Of a stretch of 64,000 nucleotides of DNA, positions 20,132-30,558 are shown in pieces; position 1 is the stretch's first letter; every line of letters starts with the position of its first letter. The DNA comes from a virus (lineage: Duplodnaviria; Caudoviricetes). A program made the position numbers and the translations under genes. A model generated the notes under the pieces. The model ran no database searches, was not told the origin of the DNA, and saw only the letters and a list, made by a program, of their open reading frames with translations. The DNA lies in IMG/VR virus record IMGVR_UViG_3300014205_000011, positions 24,246 to 88,245 of that record; one strand, given 5' to 3'.

Positions 20132-20721
20132 ATTACCTTCTTTCCTGTTGTAGGTTCTTCAAGCATAGTATAATAAGTAATCCAATGTTTACCTAAGATG
20201 AACTTTTCTAACCCTATATTAATAATACCAGCTTCTTTAGCATTCCTTACAATGCTTACAATCTGTTGATGTAGAGATAAATCTTTCCCTATTAACTTTA
20301 AATACTTATCTCTTAATGAATCATAATCACCACTTCTAGCAGGTAATACTTTGTTATCTATGTTTAGAGTGACAGGATACTCTTCCCATAAATCTTCAAA
20401 GCTGTCTTTACTAATAAAGAATTGTTCACAAAACTTTTGAGTAAGTAAAAGCTCATCTAACATAATGTTTTCACTGGTACTTGTGTTTAGTACTAAACCC
20501 ATTTCAACTAAAGTTTCCACATCTTTATAACCTACAGGATCTACATAGCGCAACTTACCTATGCTTCCTCCAGTATTATAAATGTGAACTCTTTTGCTTT
20601 TGCCCTTTTCCTTTACGTAATCTGTATAAAGAGGGTCATTAAATAAACACCAAAGCAACAGGAATTGCCTTGAGTTTATTTGATTTTCACACATAAATTG
20701 TGTTATTTGATTTATATCCAT
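20128..20721 (-). CDS. Conserved replication-module protein (possible initiator or helicase loader)
   Basis: FEDLWEEYP motif, directly upstream of the helicase. Confidence 0.5.
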   Translation of the reverse strand: MDINQITQFMCENQINSRQFLLLWCLFNDPLYTDYVKEKGKSKRVHIYNTGGSIGKLRYVDPVGYKDVETLVEMGLVLNTSTSENIMLDELLLTQKFCEQFFISKDSFEDLWEEYPVTLNIDNKVLPARSGDYDSLRDKYLKLIGKDLSLHQQIVSIVRNAKEAGIINIGLEKFILGKHWITYYTMLEEPTTGKKVI

Positions 20722-20754
20722 ATTGCATTTATTATGCTTATATGGAGTTCAGCA

Positions 20755-21276
20755 CTATATAATACTAAATATTAAGGATACAATACTAGTTAAAATTGCA
20801 ACTACACCTATTACAACAGCATATGTAGAATTTGGATCTTCTACTTTAACTATATAATCTTCTGGTTTAAGTTCAGTTTTAACAGTTTGTTTAACTTTAG
20901 GTTCTTGATAACTTGTTGCAGTTATTCTTTCTGGTTTAGCAACAGTAATGTTTTTTATAGGTCTACCTGCCAAACCAGCTCTTTTTCTTGCTCCATATCT
21001 TACTTGAGCTTCTGGCAATACTGATAAAGCTAATTGATAAGTAATAGGAACATTTTTTCTAAACATTATTGTTTCATTTTCATCAAAATATAATAATCTT
21101 TTATCAAAACAAGCTGTCATAATTGAAGAACAAGCAGAACCACCTATGCTATATAAATAATTTTTAAGTGGTTGTTTAGCTTTGTAGTTACCTTCATCTA
21201 CTGCTTTTTTAATAATAGTTAAACATTCTTCAACTAGTTTAACATTTAAAGTGTTGTCATCCTGTTTCGTATTCAT
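20755..21276 (-). CDS. Tail-anchored membrane protein
   Basis: C-terminal hydrophobic helix YAVVIGVVAILTSIVSLIFSII. Confidence 0.6.
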   Translation of the reverse strand: MNTKQDDNTLNVKLVEECLTIIKKAVDEGNYKAKQPLKNYLYSIGGSACSSIMTACFDKRLLYFDENETIMFRKNVPITYQLALSVLPEAQVRYGARKRAGLAGRPIKNITVAKPERITATSYQEPKVKQTVKTELKPEDYIVKVEDPNSTYAVVIGVVAILTSIVSLIFSII

Positions 21277-21457
21277 ATTTGTATTGTATTTCTGGTGTAT
21301 TCATTGTAGTAAATATTAAGTACTCTTCTATATTTACTTTATCAATGTTTGTTTTATTGTGTAATATTTGTACTCTTTCTTCAAATTCATAATCCATTAA
21401 TTGAGGTGTAGTAGAGTAAATATTATCTAGCAACAACATTTCTTTCTTTGTCAGCAT
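21257..21457 (-). CDS. Hypothetical protein
   Basis: 66 aa, overlapping neighbours. Confidence 0.5.
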   Translation of the reverse strand: MLTKKEMLLLDNIYSTTPQLMDYEFEERVQILHNKTNIDKVNIEEYLIFTTMNTPEIQYKYEYETG

Positions 21458-21851
21458 ACTGTAATTTAATTAAATTAATAAACCGATTATAACTATCTGT
21501 ATAATACCTGTCTCTACCATATAACTCTTCATGCTTTTTCCTACTATTATTCATAGTACTTCTTTCTCTTTCAAATAAATGTGCAGTAGCTGCATCAGTT
21601 AATTTTATAACAGTAGTTATATACACAATTGCATGATGTCTAGCATATAATCTTTCTAGTTTTCTTGTATGCTTTATTTCTTCTCTAGATATATTATGAA
21701 CAGCACAAGCGCATACAATTACATATTCTACATAATCATTAATAGAACCAAATACAGAAAGTATAAGCCTTTTAGATAAAGCTTCGTTGATTTCAGATAA
21801 TGCATTTAATAAGTCTTGGAATGTATCTTCATCATCAATTATTAGCTGCAT
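21423..21851 (-). CDS. Stand-alone DnaA domain IV-like HTH protein
   Basis: HNISREEI...R...ARHHAIVY...AHLFERERSTMNNSRKK resembles the DnaA C-terminal pattern. Confidence 0.6.
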   Translation of the reverse strand: MQLIIDDEDTFQDLLNALSEINEALSKRLILSVFGSINDYVEYVIVCACAVHNISREEIKHTRKLERLYARHHAIVYITTVIKLTDAATAHLFERERSTMNNSRKKHEELYGRDRYYTDSYNRFINLIKLQYADKERNVVAR

Positions 21852-22423
21852 AAGCCTCCTTAATGCGTTTTATTATATCATTGGCATCTGTAGCATCTAT
21901 AGTAGCATATATTACATCTTCTTTAACTTTATCAAAACTGATAGACATTTTTGTTTTAGGCAAAGCATCAAATTCTTCTTTATACTTTTTATTTTTTATA
22001 AATTGCTCTAAATACTTTGTGTAGTTACTATAATTTGCAAATTCTACTAATACTTGATTTTCAGGTAAACTAAGTTTTTCCTGTACTAAAGCATCTATTG
22101 TTTCTTGTACTTCTTTATTGTAAGCACTAACAGGTACTTGTAATTCTCTAAATAGCTTTTGTGTAAGAGCTATAACTTGTTTGTCATTTAATTTCATCTA
22201 GATTTCCTTCTATTGTTTCAAACTCAAATGGTTCACCTATTTTACCTGCTTCATAAGCTTGTCTCATCATATCTACTATGTTGTTACAATCACTCATATC
22301 TCTGTATAAAGTCATGTCTTCAGGTTCACCTTGACCTATTTCAAATTCTATTTCACCATTTATTTCTATGCTCATGAAGTCTCTATAATCTTCATAAGTC
22401 CATGTTCTTTGTATTACTTTCAT
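21835..22423 (-). CDS. Two hypothetical proteins (21835-22197, 22184-22423)
   Basis: ORF track; overlapping start/stop. Confidence 0.55.
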
Positions 22424-22970
22424 ATTTTAATCATTTTATACTTTATTAATGGAAGACTTCTACCCCAACCAAAACCTACATGTATACAATTAGTATCAGG
22501 CATAAATAAGTTAGACACCATACCATCATATATTAGGTGATGTTTAAGTATGTTTCTATAATGAAAAGGATGTAAAGGGTAATTATAAACTATCAGTTTC
22601 ATATCTTTCTTTTATATAACAAGTAAGTACTAAAATACCATGTTTTTGAATTTGTATACCGTCTACAAAAGTTTTAGGAACATACAGATTTCTCCAAAAG
22701 TGTAAAGAAGCCCAATCAACATACTTTACAAATACTTTTCTTTTACCTAGTTCTAGTTTAAGTTTTACGGCATTCATATCTTAATTTTAATATAGGTGTA
22801 ATATTGTTAATAGTTATTACTGAGTATACCCAGCTTGGATTACCTGGTATGAACAAATTATTATACAGTAAATATTTATCTACTATAAGACTTAATTGCT
22901 TTGCTATACCTCTACTTTTTAAATCCACGATATGTTTGGTATGTCTTTCTGAGCATTCATTAGTGTCCAT
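22420..22970 (-). CDS. Three tandem LFxP microproteins (22420-22602, 22583-22777, 22758-22970)
   Basis: SNLFMP, RNLYVP, NNLFIP. Confidence 0.65.
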
Positions 22971-24052
22971 TTTTCTTTAGTTTCCTTAAGGTATAAAAAA
23001 TATATTATAGCTTTTTTACCAAATACATATCTAAGCATACGACCTATTACTTGTTTAGCACGTCTATCTACTGAAGTTGTAGAACACACTATTCCCATAT
23101 CTACTTCAGGGGCATCAAATCCTCTTTCAAATATTTTAATAGAATTAAGTACTCTATGTTTACCTTCTTGAAACTCTTGTATAAGTTTATTTCTAACTTT
23201 ATCAGTCATATCAGAATCTATACATATACTACCAGGTATCATTTCAGTAAGAGTATTGGCAAACTTTTTAGACATAGAAAATGTAATAATCTTTTTATCA
23301 GGATTATCCAGTATTAACTGTTTAGCCATTTGTAACTTTTCATCACATTCATATATTAACTCATTTCTATCTTGCATGTTTTGTCTACATCTTTTGGCTA
23401 TGCCTATAACTTCACCTACAGTGTTGTCTAGATTAGTTTGTCTTAAAAACTCTTTAGCCCCAGGATACCCCATACAAGAAAATACTATATCCAAATCATC
23501 ATGGAAATATGCAAAATCTCTCCTAAAACTATTATCAAGTAGTTCATATGCTAAAGGTCTTTCTACAGCTATATTTTTGATTTCAAAGTCACATATCCAA
23601 CCATTTTCTAAACATTCTTTAAAACCTATATTGTCTATAACAGGAGCATATTTTTGAATCAAAATATGTTTACCATCTTTTCTTTCTAAACTAGCAGTAG
23701 CACAAAGTATATGTTTGTATTTGGAAACTTTAAAGATCTTACTAAAAGTAGTAGCAGCCATTAAATCACATTCATCTACAAGAAGTAAGTCACATTCTCT
23801 TTGTTTCTTAATGTAACTATTGATAATAAATACTTCTACTTTTGAATCTACTTGAGCTTCTACTTGTTTTTTCATTACTTTGCTGTGAACTATATAATGA
23901 ATGACAGCATCAGGAAACTTAGTTAACTTTCTTTTAGCAACTTTATTTAATAAATAACTTTTACCAAAACCAGTGCTTGCTATGACTGACCCTAATCCCC
24001 CCATATTCAACCACTTAGCTATAATACCATCTTGTTTTTCATCTCTCGTCAT
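22919..24052 (-). CDS. Superfamily 2 helicase (ResIII/UvsW-like)
   Basis: STGFGKS, LVDECD, ATAS, RGFDAP, QVIGRMLR. Confidence 0.9.
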   Translation of the reverse strand: MTRDEKQDGIIAKWLNMGGLGSVIASTGFGKSYLLNKVAKRKLTKFPDAVIHYIVHSKVMKKQVEAQVDSKVEVFIINSYIKKQRECDLLLVDECDLMAATTFSKIFKVSKYKHILCATASLERKDGKHILIQKYAPVIDNIGFKECLENGWICDFEIKNIAVERPLAYELLDNSFRRDFAYFHDDLDIVFSCMGYPGAKEFLRQTNLDNTVGEVIGIAKRCRQNMQDRNELIYECDEKLQMAKQLILDNPDKKIITFSMSKKFANTLTEMIPGSICIDSDMTDKVRNKLIQEFQEGKHRVLNSIKIFERGFDAPEVDMGIVCSTTSVDRRAKQVIGRMLRYVFGKKAIIYFLYLKETKEKWTLMNAQKDIPNISWI

Positions 24053-24906
24053 AGTATTTCAATATAATAAGTTTTAGTAGTTTTTCTACGTCTTATAGCA
24101 AAGGTAGAACTTGGTAAAAATAGTGCTTGTGTATTATAGTTAATTATCGTAATCTTATCATAAGATATATGTAATAGTTCACTAGTGTAATCAGGCATTT
24201 CACACATTTTTCTAATTATACCTCTATTCTGCCACAACTTTCCTTTTTCACTACTTGTCATTTTATTTGCCATAAAATTGATAAATCATCATTATCTACC
24301 CAAGTAAATAAACTATGCGGTAAGAAGAGACTAAAACAAGAAGAATCAGAAGGCCAGTTATAATCTGTATCCCATATCCAAACCTTTCCTTCATGTCTGA
24401 ACAAATGATACAACAGTATTTGTCTTTTAATAAATTGATCTTTCATTTTAATTTGTATATCATTTCAGAACCTCTCCAAGTATGATAAATTATACCTGAT
24501 GGTATTAGTATTTTATTAGTTAAAAACAAATGTCTTAACATTGGAAAAGGTATACAACTAAGTATACACTCTCCATTAACACCTAATCTATAATTACTGT
24601 GTGCCATTTGTCTATCTACTAACTCTTTAGCCATTATTAAGTTACCTCTTACTTCTGGGTAATCATATGAGATTTTTTTCATATTATCATATATTTAACA
24701 TGAAATTCAGGAAATGATTCACTTTCACCGATAAAATGATTTATACTTTGAAGGATAAAAATATTTAAAGGAAGTGTGTTTTCATATGTTTGACAACTCT
24801 GTTTTTTACAATACCATATACCAGTAGTTGCAACTCCCCAATCTTCATCTAATAGTCTTCTGTTTATAAGAGTATCAACTCTTTCCATATTAGGTTTTAT
24901 TTTCAT
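24049..24906 (-). CDS. Four tandem microproteins (24049-24273, 24258-24446, 24443-24682, 24679-24906): two clear and two divergent LFxP members
   Basis: ALFLPSS, SLFLPHS, HLFLT/ILIP, NIFILQS. Confidence 0.6.
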
Positions 24907-26131
24907 AACTGCTTATTATATTACTCCAATTGTTAATACATTCTTCTATTGTATTATTTTGTATAAAATATTCTCTAATAAAGGCGGGAGAATATTTGTA
25001 TTCTTCTACTTTATTAATAAATTCATTTACTTTCTCATCAGTGTCATAAAATAATTTATATAGCTTCTCCACTTGATGTTTAGAACAATACTTGTATTCT
25101 AACTTTACATCTATTCTACCAGGTCTAAATAATGCTTCATCTATTTTAGATATATCATTAGTTGTAATAAATATTAAAACATTATGTCTAGCCAATATAC
25201 CATCCATAGAACTAAGTATAGGCATTATAGAAAATTCATTTTTATCTGAGTCTATATACCTGTCTATATCTTCAAATAATATTATAGAGTTATCTTTTAC
25301 TGTAGACAACAACTCGATAACTGTTGTATCTTTAAAACTACTATTAATACTTACAAAATAAACATTTCTTTTATATTTTGAGGCTATTGCATGAACAGTA
25401 GAAGTTTTACCTGTACCTGGCAATCCATATAGTAAATATCCCCTTTTATAAGGAATACCATTAGTTATATACCAGTTTTCAGCTTTACTAAATTTATCTA
25501 TATCTGCTATAATAATATCTAAGTTATTATCGGTAATAACTGTATCTATAGACTTGTGTTTAATAGTAAAGCTTTCTTCCCATCCAGAAGACCCTAAAGT
25601 ATATACTTGAATTCCTGTTTCTTTTTTAGCATCTCTCATATTTTCTATGATACCAAGTATTTTATACTTCATATCTGTATTCCATATAAAATACCTTATA
25701 GTAACAGTCTCATATACTATAGTACTAAGTATTCCAGCATCAGTAGTACTAGGTTCATTTCTATTACTCCCTATAAACAATGTTTTACCATTTACTTTAC
25801 ACAAATAAATATTAGAAGAAGGAAAAAGAGTGCTTTTATATTCGTAACTTTTTTTCTCATGATTATAAGTTTCTATAGTAAATAATTGAAATTTCTTTTC
25901 TAGTGATTTTAGTTCAAGAGTACTAATCCATTCTTTAGTATACTTATATAGATTATCTGTAATATCTATTTTTATAGTAACAAATAGTTTATTCCAGATA
26001 AATCCCAACATTATGCCAGGAACTTTTTTAAGACTATTCAATAATCCTAATATTGTACCTCCTATTACAGCACCTGAAAAGAATTGATTAGTGTCTATTT
26101 GAGATTGAATGTATGTATATATTTCTTTCAT
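24890..26131 (-). CDS. BCS1-like membrane-anchored AAA+ ATPase
   Basis: N-terminal TM; YKRGYLLYGLPGTGKTS, ILFEDID, LFRPGRIDV. Confidence 0.8.
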   Translation of the reverse strand: MKEIYTYIQSQIDTNQFFSGAVIGGTILGLLNSLKKVPGIMLGFIWNKLFVTIKIDITDNLYKYTKEWISTLELKSLEKKFQLFTIETYNHEKKSYEYKSTLFPSSNIYLCKVNGKTLFIGSNRNEPSTTDAGILSTIVYETVTIRYFIWNTDMKYKILGIIENMRDAKKETGIQVYTLGSSGWEESFTIKHKSIDTVITDNNLDIIIADIDKFSKAENWYITNGIPYKRGYLLYGLPGTGKTSTVHAIASKYKRNVYFVSINSSFKDTTVIELLSTVKDNSIILFEDIDRYIDSDKNEFSIMPILSSMDGILARHNVLIFITTNDISKIDEALFRPGRIDVKLEYKYCSKHQVEKLYKLFYDTDEKVNEFINKVEEYKYSPAFIREYFIQNNTIEECINNWSNIISSYENKT

Positions 26132-26133
26132 AA

Positions 26134-28986
26134 TTAAAACATAGTTGTTTGTTTTGGTTTAATAATATCTATAATCTTGTAACATTCTTTAATGTAAAAG
26201 CTCATATCAATATCGTAATCTTTTATAGGCTTTTCTATATATGTATTAAATATAGTTACTTTAAAACCTTTATTAATAAGTTCAGTAGTTCCTTTACTAT
26301 ATTTTTTAACAAATACACAACCTCTGTTACTTATGTAATACCTTACATTCTTCTGTTGTTTAGTTATCTTAGTATAAGGATTGTTAGTATAATCATACTC
26401 TATTTCATGTGTTTCTCCTTGTGAGTCACCTTTAAACTTTTGTCTACCACAAAAATCGTATATGTTTTGATGATTATGAATAGTTTGTTCTATTGGCACA
26501 TTATTTATAAAGTACTCTGATAGAGCTATTTTAACTATGTTAAATGAAAAATCCTTATGCCACTCTTCATCTTTTCTAAGTTGTTCATTAGGTTTAAAAC
26601 AACCTTTATATTTTATACTACCGTCTATTTTTAAGGACATGTAATTGTTACATGTGTTACTCAAATTTCTCTGAGGATCGGACTATATCTTTAATTATTA
26701 CTCTTTTCACAAAAAATTCTTTAAATCTTACAAGATCCATTTTATACTTAGCAAATTTATGTTGTACCCCATGTATGTTAATTTCTTTTAAATACTTATA
26801 ATTACAATAAGATACAAACACTCCGTCTAGAGTATACAAGTTATACATATATTTAGTTTTATATAATGTAAACCATTCTGATTGCTTAAGTCTTCTTTCA
26901 GGACTAGCTCTTTTCCAAGCTTCTGAAAGTTTTTCACCATGTTGATCCCTTACTCCATTTTTCCATTCTTTTTTAAGTCTTTCTGAGATCTTTTTAGAAG
27001 TGTCTGAATGAACAATCATATTGCTGTCTGAATCTTGCCTTAAGTTATATCCATGTTCTCTGTTAGTAGATTTATATAGTTTCATCCAAAACATTTCTTG
27101 TTTCTTCATTTTAGCTTCATCTTGCCAAGAGATATACTCTAAAATAAAATATTCAAAATTGTTTTCTCCATACTTGTTCCAAGCAGCTTGTATATAACTG
27201 TTTTCATGTTTTTTATTACCAATTCTTAAAGAAGATACATGCCCATGAATTCTATTCCAGATGTTTTTGGATTTACCTATATAAACCTTACCGTTTACTA
27301 TATTTCTAATACAGTAAATCCCTGATATATTTTTGTGTTTTATGTTTACTATCATTACTACAAATATAGTAATATAGTTATTAACTAAACATAAAAAAGT
27401 TAATAATTACCTGGCACTTCCACTTATTTAAGTGTACTCTACTTTCTTCCACCTTTAATAAAGATGTGATTTCGATAGTCTCTGAACCTTCCCTATAAAC
27501 TACAGGGCTTGGATGCTGATTGCCATATCAATTAAGACTTAGGTTTCCAGCAGTTCACCAGGTTAAGACGCTAACAAATAACGTCTCTTATGATCATCTT
27601 AGAGTACTCTGCATATTCTAGTTGTAATTGAGTTTTAGTTTCCCATTCTTTACATATCCTAAAACAATTGTCTAAATCTACCTTTTTAATTTTAAGTGTT
27701 ACACCATCAGTATTTGATTGTAATAAAGTTAAATTTATTTCAAGTAGTTTCTCTATCAACATAGTCATCAATAATTCTCCATTAACGGTTGTAGTAATAG
27801 TATATTTACTATCATACAAAAAGCTATTAGCACTATTAGACTTGCCATATATACTATTGAGACTCAATTTCAAAGCATTAGAGATAACCATATCCTTTCT
27901 CTTCTTAGCTTCTAATCTTTGATTAAGTATATCTTCATATATTTCATAAAATTCTTCACCAAGATGTTCTGGATATAGTTTATTTTTAACAGCTATAGAA
28001 GGATATAGGCTACCTACATCAATATCTAATATGACATGTTCATCATCAGCTTCATATATACCAGGTGTATGTGATTGATGAATGCCTCCAGTACCATAAT
28101 AGAATACATATCCTTTATAAATAACTTTTTCATCTACAGATTTTTTAGTATCTACTATAACTATATTTTTAATTTTTTCTAACAAGTTAATAAATACAGG
28201 TGTAGTAAAGTTTATGTAATTAAACACACATTCACTCATTTTTATTTCATGTCTGTGGGTTCTCCATTCTTTTACATCATATGGATTTAAGTCTAATTTA
28301 CTACAATACAAGTTTAATGCTAATTGTTCACCTATTTTAGTATCACTATAATTAGTACAAGGTAATTTATATTTAGCTTTTATTTCTTTTCTTAACTGAA
28401 TTTTGTCTAAAGACAATTTGTAAAACTGCAAAGTGGAATATACATCCCAATAATTATATTCTAAAATGACATCAACCTCTTCTAAAGTAATATTAGCTTT
28501 ACTATGATGTATAGGCATATCTACTACTTTTGGTAAATCCATAGCTATTTCTAATTGTTTTAAATTACAAGATCTAGCAGGATTATTAAAATGATGTATT
28601 TTAAACAAATCTAATTGAGGTATTTTTACTTCTTTAGCTTTTATAGCTGTACCAAATACACTTTGATCATCTATAAGTTGTTGAGCTTTTTTATACAATA
28701 ATCTACATATTTCTTCAGATGTAAAATCATCCCATCCAGATGTAAGTCCATCTTGAAATATAGTATTATCTAAAAAATAATGTATTACAGGATAATCAAA
28801 CGCAAGATTATTATACCCTATTTGACCTTTACAATTGTTTAAATGATTAAGCAATTCAACTATATTATCCCTATCTTTATGTATTACATATTGAACTATT
28901 TCTTCAGTGTCTATGTTTATAGCTGTATATGTAAAACAACTTTTAAGTGTTTCAATATCATATACCCATACTCTTCTGTCATTCAT
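26134..28986 (-). CDS. Family B DNA polymerase; exons 28986-27581 and 26650-26134; 640 aa spliced
   Basis: YDIET exonuclease motif, DIDVGSLYPS, KLSLNSIYGK, SNTDG; splicing restores IRDV-NNY in frame. Confidence 0.92.
26657..27355 (-). CDS. Intron-encoded GIY-YIG homing endonuclease
   Basis: SGIYCIRNIVNGKVYIGKS...R...E...YN. Confidence 0.9.
   Translation of the reverse strand: MIVNIKHKNISGIYCIRNIVNGKVYIGKSKNIWNRIHGHVSSLRIGNKKHENSYIQAAWNKYGENNFEYFILEYISWQDEAKMKKQEMFWMKLYKSTNREHGYNLRQDSDSNMIVHSDTSKKISERLKKEWKNGVRDQHGEKLSEAWKRASPERRLKQSEWFTLYKTKYMYNLYTLDGVFVSYCNYKYLKEINIHGVQHKFAKYKMDLVRFKEFFVKRVIIKDIVRSSEKFE
27361..27368 (-). promoter_or_regulatory. Intron-internal TAnnTTTG promoter element for the endonuclease
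   Basis: TATATTTG 5 nt upstream of the GIY-YIG start. Confidence 0.5.
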
Positions 28987-29185
28987 TATTTACCTCTTTT
29001 TCACTAGTAATGTATATTACTTTATTAGGACTAACTTTAACTGGATTACCTTCTTCTATATCAATATTAAGATCTTGATTACATAAGTATTTTAAACTAT
29101 GAAAAGCATCCCATTCTTGTATCCAAGATAAAAAGTTATTTGTCATTTCATCATTTTCTAATACTATTAGTACTTCATGTTTCAT
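28979..29185 (-). CDS. Hypothetical protein
   Basis: 68 aa, overlaps the polB start. Confidence 0.5.
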   Translation of the reverse strand: MKHEVLIVLENDEMTNNFLSWIQEWDAFHSLKYLCNQDLNIDIEEGNPVKVSPNKVIYITSEKEVNNE

Positions 29186-29223
29186 TTAATCTCCTTTTTT
29201 CAATTTCTAAATGTAGTCCCATA

Positions 29224-29656
29224 TTACCAATTTATCATTGCTTTTCTATTCAACTTAAGATAACAGACATTATCATGTTTATGATACGTTGATGGATAAA
29301 CTTTGTATTCATAAAATGAAAGTATAGTTTTAGGTATAAACATATTAGAACTTAAACGTTCAATCAAATGCTTCTTACAATGTTCAGCTTTTTCTGAATC
29401 AAAATATACACTTTTGTTCCCAAAATCAAATATAGTATCTAATTTATCCCATACTTCTTCTTGTTTATATATGTCCATATTTTCTATCTATTAATGGCTT
29501 AACTCTTATTCTTATATAACTATTTACGGGAGTCCAATAATGATGTTGAATTTCAAATATAGTATGCGGTAAAAATAGATTATAAGATGTATCTAGTATT
29601 CCCGATAAAGATTTATATATTTGTCTATTATTTACTAAATGTTTATGTAATCTCAT
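29224..29656 (-). CDS. Two LFxP microproteins (29224-29478; 29465-29656, likely ATG start)
   Basis: SNMFIP, YNLFLPHT; the annotated TTG start at 29689 lies inside the tRNA-like gene. Confidence 0.65.
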
Positions 29657-29670
29657 ATATTTTAAATTAG

Positions 29671-29746
29671 TAAACCTGGGGGGAATCAAACCCTAATCCT
29701 CTTGATTTTTAGAAGAAATCCGTGCTGTTCATTACACTACAGGTTC
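29671..29746 (-). tRNA. tRNA-Arg(TCT), degenerate (4-nt insertion in the T-stem, no CCA)
   Basis: GAACCTG/CAGGTTT acceptor; GATTT-CT TCT AA-AAATC; GG[ATTA]GGG-TTTGATT-CCCCC. Confidence 0.6.
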
Positions 29747-29770
29747 AAGTTCGAGTCTTTTTAAGTATCT

Positions 29771-30400
29771 TTGTATATGAGAAAACCAAAAGCCATTAAC
29801 GCTACATGCAGTTCTTGTGGTAAAGAAATGCATTCTAGAGCTGTAGATAAAACTAAAGTTCTATGTAGACCTTGTAAAGCATTGCCTCCTCCTAAACCAT
29901 GTGAAACTTGTGGAATTCTTACAAAGAATCCTAAATTTTGTTCTAGTAGCTGTTCTGCAATTTATACAGGTAAACATTTTCCTAAAAGAACACTTACTAG
30001 AAAATGTAGAAGATGTGAAAATTTAGCTGCTTCATACAAAGATGCTTTATGCCTTCCTTGCAAGGAAGCTTATCATGCTGATAGATTTTTGCACAAATCT
30101 GCTGAAAATACTTTAGAGGATTATTGGAATAAACCTTCTTTAAAAAATTTACACATGTCTAGTAAAAATGCTCATATAAGAGGATTAGGAAGATCACAAC
30201 ACAAAGAACTTCTTAAACAACCTTGTGCTAACTGCGCTTATGATAAACATGTAGAACTATGTCATATTAAACCTATTAAAGATTTTCTTCCTACTGACAA
30301 AATTAAAGATGTCAATTCCCCCAGTAATATAATACAACTATGTCGTAACTGTCACTGGGAGTTTGATCATCATTTATTATCTCTAGAAGATCTAACATGA
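29771..30400 (+). CDS. Free-standing HNH endonuclease with N-terminal zinc ribbons, antisense to its neighbours
   Basis: Several CxxC pairs; CANC...HVELCHIK...NIIQLCRNCHWEFDH. Confidence 0.8.
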   Translation: MYMRKPKAINATCSSCGKEMHSRAVDKTKVLCRPCKALPPPKPCETCGILTKNPKFCSSSCSAIYTGKHFPKRTLTRKCRRCENLAASYKDALCLPCKEAYHADRFLHKSAENTLEDYWNKPSLKNLHMSSKNAHIRGLGRSQHKELLKQPCANCAYDKHVELCHIKPIKDFLPTDKIKDVNSPSNIIQLCRNCHWEFDHHLLSLEDLT

Positions 30401-30401
30401 A

Positions 30402-30515
30402 AAGTGTAAACTAAAGCTAAACAGAACTGATGATATTGCAAATCTCATCTCCATTGTCATAAATAGTTCTTTGGGTCTTGGGTTTATGCTCCCTCAAGGT
30501 TACTTGTTTACACTT
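30402..30515. ncRNA. Intergenic structured element
   Basis: Perfect 10-bp outer inverted repeat AAGTGTAAAC/GTTTACACTT with nested AGAACT/AGTTCT. Confidence 0.35.
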
Positions 30516-30558
30516 ATAAGATCTTTTACTTACTACTAACCCTTTTTCAGTAATATTG

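Larger units (their letters stand above)
26651..27580 (-). mobile_element. Group I intron (930 nt) in polB
   Basis: P1 AGACGU/GCGUCU with a U.G pair at the 5' splice site; P10 UUGUUA/UAACAA; core CAAUCAGCAUCCAAG, GUUCAGAGACUA, AAGAUAUAGUCC; terminal G. Confidence 0.92.

Noticed and set aside
26134-26664. 176-aa ORF as an independent gene
   Set aside because: It is polB exon 2; its ATG lies inside the intron
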